Virus record (IMG/VR): IMGVR_UViG_3300014039_000012
Coordinates: 32,001 to 96,000 of that record
Length of the DNA stretch: 64,000 nucleotides
Strand: one strand, 5' to 3'
From: a virus
Taxonomy: Duplodnaviria; Caudoviricetes
The translations under genes were made by a program, and so were the position numbers. Numbering within the stretch: position 1 is the stretch's first letter; each line of letters begins with the position of its first letter. Positions 42,149 through 55,811 of this stretch are shown one piece after another. Under the pieces are notes generated by a model, which was not told the origin of the DNA, searched no databases, and saw only the letters and a program-made list of their open reading frames with translations.

Positions 42149-44308
42149 ATGGCAACTGAAAGAACTTTAAAGACACGAGTTATATTAAAGCATGACACAG
42201 AAGAAAACTGGAACAAGGCAACGACATTTGTTCCGAAGAAAGGCGAGGTGATTATTTATGACCCCGACAACGCACATCCTTATTCGCGACAAAAGTTAGG
42301 AGATGGAGAAAAGACGGTAGTTAATTTACCGTTTTTTGAAAACATAGGTCCCGTTGGACCAACTGGTCCTACTGGACCTATAGGTCCTCAAGGGCCAACC
42401 GGTGCAGGTGGAGCAGTAGGCCCGACTGGAGCAACTGGAAGCGTTGGACCTACAGGTTCTCCCGGAAAGGATATAACAGAAATAGATATTAATAGCATTG
42501 ATACGTTTTTAAGTGATAGTCCTGTTAGTGGATCATTTGGACCATATGGAACTATGATCATTTCTGGAAGAACCGTAGTAGATGTTGGAGGCGATGCCAA
42601 AAGTATTGATACAATTTTTGATACCAGCATTGCCCCTGGAACATATATTAAAGCGACATTTAATGAAGACCCTAATTATTTTTCAATTGATGTTGATAAA
42701 GATAAACTTGGATCAGAACTCTCAACTCAAGTCGGAACTTCCGATAATCTCTCTCATCTTTCTAAAATTCTTTACACAGAAGAGTCCGCTATTCCCGCCA
42801 CTCCAGATGCTACGATTGAATATGCCGTAACAGATTTTATCGGCTACGAAGACCTTGATTCAAGTTTACAAGCTCAGATTGATAAAATGGGAAATACCGG
42901 TCCTACAGGCCCTGCTGGAGCAAAGGGAGACAAGGGAGATACAGGCGCTACGGGAAATGTTGGTCCGACAGGATCTACAGGTCCAGTAGGTCCTACTGGT
43001 TTACAAGGAGAAATTGGGCCTCAAGGACCTACGGGTGAAACAGGTCCGACCGGAGAAGTGGGGGCACCAGGTCCTCAAGGCCCAAAAGGCGATGGCATTG
43101 AACAAATCAACGAGTTCAACACAGGAGTCCCCCAAACCGTCATTTATGACACAACCACTGGAGCAGAAATAACCAGCAATGCCACAATTGATTATGTGGA
43201 TAGCACTACCGGACAAACCAAAGGCCGCACCTTCACAATGAGAAGCAAAATGCCCATTCAACCCGGCAAGTACATCAGCATTGATGCCAACAGCGAAAGT
43301 GATGCCATTGAAGTAAAAGTCGATGATACGGCGCTTTCGTTGGATTATGTGCCAATTCCTAAAGGATTAAGTGCGGACAGTAGCTTATCTGTTGAAAATG
43401 GCAAATGTGTTTGGTATACGAACTCAAGCTACGCAGTGCCCAAGTCATTTGTTTGGAGAGACGCTAATGGAGACTGTGATTTTAACAATGTAATATTACA
43501 AGCTATCAGGGCGAATCGTCAAGGCGCATATGAAACATCTCTTGCACAGATATATTTCTCTTGTGCCGATGTCTATTTTTCTGTAGCTAAAACCTCAACC
43601 GACACAGGAACGTTAGGACCAATCGACTTTTCAAGAATTCAGGCCTACCCTAACATTCGTATTAACTACGACAATCAGGTATACATTCTTCAAGACCCAA
43701 ACACCGCGCCAGATGGCACACTCAACTATGTCCACATTGATGAAGATGGAACAACTAAGTGCTTTTCAATTACTGTTTCTGATCGTTCTTGGAAAGTTAC
43801 GACAATACCAACTTCAAGTATTAAAATTGGAACGGCAAATTCTTCTGAAAATCTTTCAAATATTGCTTATTTGGCGAACAACGACCTTCCTGCTTCTCCT
43901 GCATCCAATACAGAATATGCGATTACCGATTTAATTGGGTATGACGATCTTGATTCTGAACTACAGGCAAAAATTGATGCTGGAGGTTCTGGCGGAGGAG
44001 AATACCTACCTCTTAGTGGTGGAACATTGTCTGGGAGCTTATCGGTGAAAGATGTAGCCAGAGAAGGCGTGGACATTACCCCATCGGGTATTTATTTTTA
44101 TGTAAGTGGCGGCAGTGGTAGTGGCCAGCTTATTGGGATTTCTGATGAGGCTGGAACTTCTTCGGCAATTGCTCTTTCGCAAAAAGGCGTAGCCGATAAT
44201 TATGTTGCAAGAACAGATTTTCCCTCTAATTTGTTGAAATACAAAATTGTAACTTCTACTTCCCAAATTGGAACTGACGCGAACACAGCTTATCTGATTC
44301 TTGAATAA
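42149..44308 (+). CDS. Collagen-like fibre protein with Mtd_N-type N-terminus
   Basis: LKHDTEENW...PKKGE...KLGDG; GPTG repeats; internal duplication EYA(V/I)TD.IGY.DLDS.LQA.ID. Confidence 0.75.
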   Translation: MATERTLKTRVILKHDTEENWNKATTFVPKKGEVIIYDPDNAHPYSRQKLGDGEKTVVNLPFFENIGPVGPTGPTGPIGPQGPTGAGGAVGPTGATGSVGPTGSPGKDITEIDINSIDTFLSDSPVSGSFGPYGTMIISGRTVVDVGGDAKSIDTIFDTSIAPGTYIKATFNEDPNYFSIDVDKDKLGSELSTQVGTSDNLSHLSKILYTEESAIPATPDATIEYAVTDFIGYEDLDSSLQAQIDKMGNTGPTGPAGAKGDKGDTGATGNVGPTGSTGPVGPTGLQGEIGPQGPTGETGPTGEVGAPGPQGPKGDGIEQINEFNTGVPQTVIYDTTTGAEITSNATIDYVDSTTGQTKGRTFTMRSKMPIQPGKYISIDANSESDAIEVKVDDTALSLDYVPIPKGLSADSSLSVENGKCVWYTNSSYAVPKSFVWRDANGDCDFNNVILQAIRANRQGAYETSLAQIYFSCADVYFSVAKTSTDTGTLGPIDFSRIQAYPNIRINYDNQVYILQDPNTAPDGTLNYVHIDEDGTTKCFSITVSDRSWKVTTIPTSSIKIGTANSSENLSNIAYLANNDLPASPASNTEYAITDLIGYDDLDSELQAKIDAGGSGGGEYLPLSGGTLSGSLSVKDVAREGVDITPSGIYFYVSGGSGSGQLIGISDEAGTSSAIALSQKGVADNYVARTDFPSNLLKYKIVTSTSQIGTDANTAYLILE

Positions 44309-44323
44309 TCGAGGTACTTGTAA

Positions 44324-45907
44324 ATGTATTATGTTAATGGAAAACAAGTAAAGGAAATGTTAATGAAAGGTAACGATGGGTTTTTACATAGAACCGCTTA
44401 TGGATATTTAAGTAATAGTAGAAAGTTTTATAGTAGAGATTCCTCTTATGAAAGTCCTCTTGTCGATGTCCACGTTTATTGTGAAGGCGAGCGTATTTTA
44501 ACGAGTCCACAGTTTGTAAAAAGATCCGAATTAGGCTCTACGACAATTACGGTGCAAGATACTTTTCAATATGATTTAAAAGTTTCTAGCCCAAGTGCTT
44601 CTGGAGTAACCAATTTTTCTGGAACTAAAGGAAGAAATCCGACATTTAAACTTGATCCAACCGTTATTGGGACAAAATCAAGTATAAATATTTATTTGTT
44701 AAAAATACCAGAATCTGCTTCTGATTGGACCGACACAGGTTCTTATTCAATAATATTTGACGATTATAATTTTTCGTCGATTCCTACTGCAGCGCTTTAC
44801 AAGGATTGTGGGTTCGAAAACGCGGCAGCATATGTGAAAGGTTTTGGAAATGTTTATAATTTATGTTATGTTTCTGGATTAGGAATTCTTCCAGCCCCAG
44901 GACATGAAACTTTTGCGTATGTATCGTTAAATCTTGTAAATCCTCCAGAAATTTCCTTTTCGGGTTCTCAATCTCTTGTTCATTTTGGTTATTTACCAAA
45001 AGACACAGCTGAAGCAATGGGGTTTACCGCTGAAGAAAATCCAAACGGAGAGTCAAAAGAATCAGCAGATTATTATGGCTGGGGTTGTTGGGCGGATAAT
45101 GAACAGTGGTTTTGGTCCGACGATGAATTGCGCGAAATCTTTTCGTCTGGAAGCGGAACAATTAATCAAATGTTTCTTGATAGTTTTGTAACAAATTCAA
45201 CGCTAACTTATGCTGATACGTGGCACTGGGGAGTTTATGATCTTGACGCCAATGGTTTAGGTGGAAGTATTTCGTTTATTCACAATCCTGTATTTTCGGA
45301 TGGATGGATTTTTGATCACGATGACACACAAATGTTTTCTGATATTATCTCGCTACAAAACACGACTCTCACAGATGTATTAAATACCAATTTTTCAAGC
45401 CCTCAAGGAACAATAACTATAATTATTCCATATTCTCAACAAAGTATTAATTCGACTGATACGATGGGAGGGCTTTGGGGTGAGTTAGAGAACGATTCGA
45501 TATTAACGACTGATATTTTTAATTATGCAGAGCAATTCTTTAATGCCGATACTAATATCAAACCTCTTCCGACAGACAATCTTGTTACAGGTACTTTTGA
45601 AACAAATATCGGCTCTACAGATGGATATTTGTATTGTTGCAGTAATTTTGGAAATTCTGAAATAATGACAGCTACGGAATCGAACGTCGTAACATTCAAT
45701 ATTGGAACAGATACAAGTATTGTATATCTTGGGGCGAGAAACAAGAATGCTGTTTTAAGTTTGAATTTTAATGAGTCGACGAGTGGGCTTGTTGATATGT
45801 TTAATAGTGAAAGATTTAGTTATTATAAATTGCTTCCATTTATTACCGGACAAAATGATGGTGCCATTTCTACTGATGGAACAATTGGTTTGGAAATTTC
45901 TGAGTAA
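44324..45907 (+). CDS. Hypothetical virion protein (acidic, aromatic-rich; possible receptor-binding tip)
   Basis: 527 aa; follows a fibre gene; MYYVNGKQVKE start. Confidence 0.55.
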   Translation: MYYVNGKQVKEMLMKGNDGFLHRTAYGYLSNSRKFYSRDSSYESPLVDVHVYCEGERILTSPQFVKRSELGSTTITVQDTFQYDLKVSSPSASGVTNFSGTKGRNPTFKLDPTVIGTKSSINIYLLKIPESASDWTDTGSYSIIFDDYNFSSIPTAALYKDCGFENAAAYVKGFGNVYNLCYVSGLGILPAPGHETFAYVSLNLVNPPEISFSGSQSLVHFGYLPKDTAEAMGFTAEENPNGESKESADYYGWGCWADNEQWFWSDDELREIFSSGSGTINQMFLDSFVTNSTLTYADTWHWGVYDLDANGLGGSISFIHNPVFSDGWIFDHDDTQMFSDIISLQNTTLTDVLNTNFSSPQGTITIIIPYSQQSINSTDTMGGLWGELENDSILTTDIFNYAEQFFNADTNIKPLPTDNLVTGTFETNIGSTDGYLYCCSNFGNSEIMTATESNVVTFNIGTDTSIVYLGARNKNAVLSLNFNESTSGLVDMFNSERFSYYKLLPFITGQNDGAISTDGTIGLEISE

Positions 45908-45957
45908 AATAATAAATAAAAATAGTTACATATTTTATATTTTAAAGACACGGAGCA

Positions 45958-45992
45958 GAAATCCCAATCCCTAAAGGGATTGGGTAGTTCAC
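45958..45992 (+). mobile_element. Orphan IS200/IS605-family right-end hairpin (no transposase or TnpB)
   Basis: GAAAT-CCCAATCCC-TAAA-GGGATTGGG-TAGTTCAC fits the subterminal palindrome plus TTCAC end of tnpB elements. Confidence 0.55.
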
Positions 45993-46030
45993 ATTCATAA
46001 TTTATTTACAAAAAACTTTTCTAAAACTAC

Positions 46031-46059
46031 TTGACAAAACGATAAATATCGTGTATAAT
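46031..46059 (+). promoter_or_regulatory. SigA/sigma70-type promoter
   Basis: TTGACA-17-TATAAT, perfect consensus. Confidence 0.8.
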
Positions 46060-46060
46060 A

Positions 46061-46224
46061 GGGGTGGTTGGGCGGGAATAGATAATTAAGAATATATAAT
46101 AATATAATATATATAATAATTAGCATATAATAATATTTATAACATTTATTATTATATAATAGAGATCTATATTATTATAGACATACTTTACATCTATTCC
46201 ATTTGTTCAATCACCCTGTTTTTT
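46061..46224 (+). ncRNA. Candidate structured small RNA (or origin-like AT-rich element)
   Basis: 23-bp closing stem with G.U pairs around a 108-nt A/T-rich interior, followed by a T run. Confidence 0.4.
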
Positions 46225-46273
46225 CCATTTAGAAAATTCAAGAAAAAAGAAAGGAGGGACACTTGCGAATCAT

Positions 46274-49996
<3,723 letters not shown>

Positions 49997-50035
49997 AAGA
50001 ATCAAAAAAAATAATAGTATAAGGAGGGTTTTACG

Positions 50036-51115
50036 ATGCGTAAGAAAGTAAGTCAGAACGAAACACCGCAGGATTTGCTGAAGAATTACAAATCCCGTCT
50101 TGCAAAAGAAGGATGGCTGAAAGCCGCACTTTGCGGAATGTCCGTAGGGTTCAGTGCCGATATTCTTTGTGCGATTGCCTTTTGGATTTTCGGCATCAAG
50201 TTGTTCTGGATTTGCATCCTTGTCTTTGCGGCGGTAACTGCGATTGCAACACCACTGTTCTACTTTGGCAGATTCAAGAGCTCCCGCCGTCAGGTTGCTT
50301 CCCGCGTCGATATGCTCGGGCTGGAAGAAAGAATCCTGACCATGACGCAGCTTGAAAATGACGATTCCTATATCGCACGTCGCCAGAGAGAAGACGCAAT
50401 GAACGCACTCAAGAGCGTCAATTCGTCCTTCATTAAGATCGCTGTTTCCGCTTCGATGGTGGTGGTTTGCTGCGTAACGCTGGTGCTTGGCGTGGGCGCA
50501 ACCACGGTGTCCGCCGTGTCGGATAAATCCCTTATGGATTTGATCCGCGAAAAGCAGGAGGAGAAGGAGGCGATTGAAAATACCTTCCACCTGACATACG
50601 GCGTCAAAGACAGTGTGGGCGGCAGAGTGGACGGCGAGCTGGAACAGACTGTTAAGGGCGGAGAAGCCGGAAAGACTGTGCAGGCAGTTGCTGAAGATGG
50701 ATATGTTTTCATCGGATGGACAGACGGCTATGTGGATGCTACTCGCACGGATGCGGATGTGCAGAAGGATGTTACCGTGAACGCCGTGTTCGTGGAGATC
50801 GAAGACAACGAGGAAGACGATGTGACGGAAGAGGAAAAAGGCGAAGGCGAAGGCGAGCAGGGCAATAGCAATAACAACGGCCCGCAGCAACCCGGAGATC
50901 CCGGCGACGGTACTGGCAGCAGCGACGAAGCCGGAGACGGTGCCGGAGCAGGTGCTGACGCGGCATCCAATCAGGTGATTGACGGCTCGACCTATTACGG
51001 GGATGAATACAGTGGCAGTCTTTCCGACGCGCAGAATTCTATGAACTCCGACAGCAATCTGTCCGGAGACGAAAAGGGCGTCATCGGCGACTATTTCCAC
51101 AATATTCAAAAGTGA
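50036..51115 (+). CDS. Host-like membrane protein with InlB-B/Listeria-Bacteroides-type repeat and acidic low-complexity tail
   Basis: Three TM segments; VQAVAEDGYVFIGWTDG...DVTVNAVF; visibly higher GC and codon usage unlike its neighbours. Confidence 0.7.
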   Translation: MRKKVSQNETPQDLLKNYKSRLAKEGWLKAALCGMSVGFSADILCAIAFWIFGIKLFWICILVFAAVTAIATPLFYFGRFKSSRRQVASRVDMLGLEERILTMTQLENDDSYIARRQREDAMNALKSVNSSFIKIAVSASMVVVCCVTLVLGVGATTVSAVSDKSLMDLIREKQEEKEAIENTFHLTYGVKDSVGGRVDGELEQTVKGGEAGKTVQAVAEDGYVFIGWTDGYVDATRTDADVQKDVTVNAVFVEIEDNEEDDVTEEEKGEGEGEQGNSNNNGPQQPGDPGDGTGSSDEAGDGAGAGADAASNQVIDGSTYYGDEYSGSLSDAQNSMNSDSNLSGDEKGVIGDYFHNIQK

Positions 51116-51142
51116 TTTTGTTCTAAAATTTTGTAAAACCTC

Positions 51143-51171
51143 TTGACAAAAGAGCAAATTTATGATATAAT
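51143..51171 (+). promoter_or_regulatory. SigA-type promoter with extended -10
   Basis: CCTC-TTGACA-17-TATAAT with TG at the extended -10 position. Confidence 0.85.
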
Positions 51172-51221
51172 ATAATTGCGGGAGAAGTCTATATTTCTCC
51201 CGCAGAAAGTTGAGGAAATTA

Positions 51222-51692
51222 ATGAGAAAGTTTGAAGAAGTAAGAGAAGAATTTAAAGTGTTTCCGAATGTGGAAACAAAACTTCCGGAGAGAAGTGATT
51301 CTAGAAGTGCGGGATACGATCTCCATTCAAAAGAAGATTATGTGCTTCAACCGGGAGAATCGCACGTATTTTGGACGGACGTTTGTGCGACAATGTTTTT
51401 TGACAATGTCTTGATGATTTACGCAAGATCTGGGCTTGGTTGTAAAAAAGGTGTCGTTCCGAAAAACTGTACGGGGATTATAGACGCATCATATTATGGT
51501 AATTCAACAAATTTCGGAAATATTGGCGTCTGTTTGGTTAATAATGGAGATGAGCCGTTTGAAGTAAAAATCGGAGACCGGATCAGCCAGTGCGTATTTA
51601 CGCGCTATTTGATCGTGGACGACGATCGCTTCCTTTCGCAGAAAGAAAATGGATCAGAGCGTTCTGGCGGATTTGGAAGTACGGGGAGGTAA
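51222..51692 (+). CDS. dut: Trimeric dUTPase
   Basis: SAGYDL, ARSGLG, GIIDASYYG, GDRISQ and RSGGFGSTG motifs I-V. Confidence 0.95.
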   Translation: MRKFEEVREEFKVFPNVETKLPERSDSRSAGYDLHSKEDYVLQPGESHVFWTDVCATMFFDNVLMIYARSGLGCKKGVVPKNCTGIIDASYYGNSTNFGNIGVCLVNNGDEPFEVKIGDRISQCVFTRYLIVDDDRFLSQKENGSERSGGFGSTGR

Positions 51693-51698
51693 CTGGAG

Positions 51699-51899
51699 AT
51701 GAAAGTCGTATTTTATACAATTGGATGCCCGCAGTGCTTGCTTGTAGAAAGAAAGTTGAAAGAGAAACATATTCAATATGAAGAGAAAAATGATATCGAG
51801 GAAATGATTTCTCTGGGATTTGAGCACGCGCCGATTCTTGTTGTGGATGGAAAGAGTATGGGCGTTAAAGAGTCTTTAAATTGGATTAAATCTATTTGA
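51699..51899 (+). CDS. Glutaredoxin-like NrdH
   Basis: CPQC; APILVVDG; next to nrdD. Confidence 0.8.
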   Translation: MKVVFYTIGCPQCLLVERKLKEKHIQYEEKNDIEEMISLGFEHAPILVVDGKSMGVKESLNWIKSI

Positions 51900-51915
51900 A
51901 TTGGCGGTGGTTGAT

Positions 51916-54339
51916 ATGGATAAAAATTCTTTAAATAAAAAACTTAATTATTTGAAATCTTATATGGATGTCACAAAAAATGCGGCAACTCTATCGGCAG
52001 TTGATAGTAATGCAAATGTAACTTCTCGTAACGTCGCAACAATGTTCGCAGAATTACCTAAAGAAGATACAATCGCAGTAAATAGAGCAATTGTTGAAGA
52101 ATATCTTTTAAAACTTTATGGAGAGGATTTGGTTAATAGCTTTAGGGAAGATATGAAACATCATATTTTATATTCTCACGACGAGTCTTCTCTTATGCCG
52201 TATTGTGTTGCGATTTCTTTATATCCATATCTTTTGGATGGACTTAAACCGCTTGGCGGAACTTCTGGTCCTCCTAAACACTCCGATTCTTTCATCGGAG
52301 GACTAACTAATTTAATCTTTTTAATTGCGGGGCAGTTTGCTGGCGCCGTCGCCGTCCCCGAAACAATTCCATATCTCGATCATTTTCTTCGCGTAGACTA
52401 TGGAGACGATTATACAGAACATCTTGACGATATTGTAGAATCATTTGGAAATAGAAGATACACCCTTCGTAAAAAAATTGAGGATTTGTTTCAGCAGTTT
52501 GTATATTGCGTGAATCAGCCGGCTGCAGCACGCGGATACCAAAGTCCGTTCGTAAATATAGCATACTTCGACAGAGGATATTTCAATTCCATTTTTAAAG
52601 ACTTTGTCTTCCCCGATGGAGACGAGGCAAGTTATGAATCAACATCCGTTCTTCAGAAGATGTTTATGAAGTGGTTCAACAAGGAAAGAACCAAAGAGGT
52701 TATTACGTTTCCCGTTGAGACGATGAATCTGTTATACGACAAAGATACAAAGAAATTTGTCGATGAAGATATGGCAGATTTTACGGCAGAAATGTGGGCG
52801 GAGGGACATTCCTTCTTTCTGTATAATTCTGATTCTGCTGACGCGTTGAGTTCATGCTGTTTTAGTGGAGAACAAACGTGCCTCTCAAGATCTTCAGATG
52901 GTGTAAATTATATGACATTTAAAGAATTATATAATGCGCCGTATAATATAACAAAAAGAAATTTTACTATCTTTCACAATGGGAACTGGTGCCAAGGAAA
53001 ATTAATTCGTCTCCCCGCACGAGAAATGTATCATATAACAACTGTTAATAACAAAGATCTTTTTGTTACAGACAACCATATTAATCCAACATATAGCGGA
53101 AACAAAAGAACGATTGATTTAACAGAAGATGACTATCTTATGTTTAATACAGGTGTTTTAAATGCTGTTCACGAAACAGATAGAAACCTTAGTTATGAAC
53201 AAGGATATCTTATTGGAATGTATTTGGGCGATGGGAGTATGGAGTCGGAAGATTCGAATAATACAACAACCGTACACCTTAGTTTAAATGAAGAAAAGTA
53301 TAAGAACTCATTTGAAATTATTCAAAGAGCAGTACCGATGGCAAAAGTTTCCCTCGGACGGGTTTATCACAATGTCTATCCCGTGTCGATTCGGAATAAT
53401 GAGGTGGCCTCGTTTGTTAGACAATTTGTATATGGGAAATATTCGTTCGAAAAGGAGCTGAATCCCGATTGTCTGTTGCAGTCTGTTGAATTTCGAAGAG
53501 GAATTCTTGATGGATATTATGAAACCGATGGAGGAAATTCTAATAGAATTTATACGACTTCGTATAAATTAGTCGGGCAGATCGAACTTTTGTGTACGAG
53601 CCTCGGAATCAATACTATTGTTAATGTTTCTGATAGAACGGGCGATGGACTTGTCGTAATTAGAGGAAGAGAATTTAACAGAAACTATCCCGTTTATTGC
53701 ATTCGTTGGTATGAGACATATAAAAGGAATCAGGCAAACATATATAAGAGAAAGAATAACTCGATTTATTTCAAAATTAAATCTATTGAAAAATGCGACT
53801 ACGAAGACGAGTATGTATATTGCTTTGAAATGAAAAATGAGGAAGAGCCATACTTTACACTTCCAAACGGCATTATTACTCATAATTGTCGTTTAAAGAG
53901 CGGAATTGAAAATAATGTGTTTAGTTATACGCTTGGGGCTGGAGGACTTCGTACTGGCTCCAAAAAAGTAATTACGTTAAACTTAAACAGAATTACGCAG
54001 GATTGGGATAGAGCGGGAAGAAAAGAGCCAATTGAAGAATATGTTGGAGTAATTGTAAAACGAGTTCATAAATATTTGATCGCTTGGAATGAATGGCTGA
54101 AAAATCTTTATAAGGCCGGACTTCTTACTGTTTACTCCGCTGGATATATTGCACTCGAAGATCAATATTTGACTGTTGGCATCAATGGAGGTCTTGAAGC
54201 GGCTGAGTATCTTGGAATTGAAACGAGGGCAGATAATCTCGAATACCAGAAACTTATGAACGCTGTTCTAACGAAAATTAAAAACATTAATCTTGAGGAC
54301 AGAACGCCAGAAATAAAGTTTAATACGGAATTTGTGCCT
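51916..54339 (+). CDS. nrdD: Anaerobic ribonucleoside-triphosphate reductase, exon 1 (contains intein)
   Basis: YSHDES..PYCVA, QFAGAVA, QSPFVN, TFPVET and SSC|CRL motifs. Confidence 0.92.
52858..53886 (+). mobile_element. Intein (343 aa) with LAGLIDADG homing endonuclease in NrdD
   Basis: Starts CFSGEQ; block B VTDNH; YLIGMYLGDG and GILDGYYETDG; ends ITHN before Cys. Excision gives ALSSCCRL. Confidence 0.93.
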
Positions 54340-54571
54340 AAAGCGTGTGGGCACCTAAAATAATAAAATTTTAGTAAAAAACCTTTTCTAATTGACTTGG
54401 AATCCCGGTTCGGGAGACAGGGCGGAAGCTGAAGCACCGTGAACGACTAAATGAAAAGGCGCCATAATATTTGGCGATGCGATAGTCTGAACTTCGCTAT
54501 ATAAAGAAAGCGAAGAGTAAAATTTAACGATTTTACCGCCGAAATGTTTCGGTCATAAAAGCAACAGAATG
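54340..54571 (+). ncRNA. Group I intron (232 nt, ORF-less) in nrdD
   Basis: P1 gugccU/Gggcac; P7 GACTA/TAGTC; terminal omega-G at 54571. Splicing gives TEFVP|AENASVK. Confidence 0.9.
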
Positions 54572-55039
54572 GCAGAAAATGCCTCCGTAAAACTTTATAA
54601 TTGGGATAAAAGAGATGGCTATTGGGTCCCGACTTGCCGAAATTTGTATAATTCTTATTTCTTTCCGGTTGAAGATCCGACGTATAATGTTTTGGAAAAA
54701 ATTCGTGCTCACGGAAGGGCATTTATTTCCAATCTTGATGGCGGGTCCGCTGCACACATTGGACTTGACGCGCATCTTTCAAAACAGCAATATCGCTTGG
54801 CAATGAATTATTGTGCCGAATGCGGTTGTTCTTATATCACATGGAACGTACCGAATACGATTTGTAATGATTGTGACAATATCGATAAAAGATACTTGAA
54901 AGAGTGTCCGGAATGCGGTTCTGAAAACATTGATTACGCAACGAGAATTATCGGATATTTAAAGAGGGTTTCTAACTTTAGTGAAGCTCGGCAAAAAGAA
55001 GCCGCAAAAAGATTTTACGCGCACGGGGTTGGAAAATAA
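54572..55039 (+). CDS. nrdD: nrdD exon 2
   Basis: LYNSYF, LDGGSA, CxxC..CxxC zinc site, TRIIGYL glycyl-radical loop. Confidence 0.92.
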   Translation, partial: AENASVKLYNWDKRDGYWVPTCRNLYNSYFFPVEDPTYNVLEKIRAHGRAFISNLDGGSAAHIGLDAHLSKQQYRLAMNYCAECGCSYITWNVPNTICNDCDNIDKRYLKECPECGSENIDYATRIIGYLKRVSNFSEARQKEAAKRFYAHGVGK

Positions 55040-55045
55040 TTTGGT

Positions 55046-55573
55046 ATGTTAAAATATTTCGATTACAGTGTAACGTTCGCCGAATTTCCAGATGAAATTT
55101 CTCTTTGTGTGAATATTTCTAATTGTCCAAATAAATGTGAAAAATGTTCGGAATCTTGGTTGGCACAAGATATCGGGACAGTATTAAATGAAGACTCAAT
55201 TTCTGAATTAATAGAAAAAAATCCCGGAATTACCCTATTTGGGTTTATGGGTGGAGATAATGATCCAGAAGAGCGGGTTAGGCTATCTAAATTTATTAAA
55301 AATAAGTTTAAAATTAAGACCGGCGTTTATAGTGGGGCAAATAGTATTTATCTAAATGGAATTGAAACATTTAATTATTATAAATACGGGAAATGGATTT
55401 ATCCGTTTGACGAAAACGGGGTTTTAATTTCAAATAAACAGTGCGGCCCAATTTGTTATGTTGGAACAAACCAAAAAATGTTTAAAATTATAGATGGAAA
55501 AATGACGGATGTAACATATTGGTTTCAGAAAGATAAAATATCTAATCTTAAAAACTTTGTTAAAGAGGAATAA
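55046..55573 (+). CDS. nrdG: Anaerobic RNR activating radical-SAM protein
   Basis: CPNKCEKC; FMGGD; follows nrdD. Confidence 0.85.
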   Translation: MLKYFDYSVTFAEFPDEISLCVNISNCPNKCEKCSESWLAQDIGTVLNEDSISELIEKNPGITLFGFMGGDNDPEERVRLSKFIKNKFKIKTGVYSGANSIYLNGIETFNYYKYGKWIYPFDENGVLISNKQCGPICYVGTNQKMFKIIDGKMTDVTYWFQKDKISNLKNFVKEE

Positions 55574-55575
55574 TT

Positions 55576-55788
55576 ATGGTAACAGCGAAAGTTAATGACG
55601 ATAAAGAACTTGTTACAGAAATTAGAGAGAAAATCAAGGAGAACGATGGATATTGTGCCTGCGCCATTAAAAGATGTCCAGAGGTAAAATGTCCTTGCTC
55701 TAATTTCCGTCAAATGTTAAAAGAAGGGCGAGTTGGAGAGACTTGCCATTGTGGACTCTACGAGATTGTAGAGATCCCACAAAAATAA
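55576..55788 (+). CDS. Ferredoxin-thioredoxin reductase catalytic-subunit-like protein
   Basis: GYCAC...CPC...CHCGLY. Confidence 0.75.
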   Translation: MVTAKVNDDKELVTEIREKIKENDGYCACAIKRCPEVKCPCSNFRQMLKEGRVGETCHCGLYEIVEIPQK

Positions 55789-55811
55789 TATTTTTATAAG
55801 GAGGAATTTAA

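Noticed and set aside
54340-54571. nrdD frameshift pseudogene
   Set aside because: Explained by a canonical group I intron with U.G P1 and omega-G.
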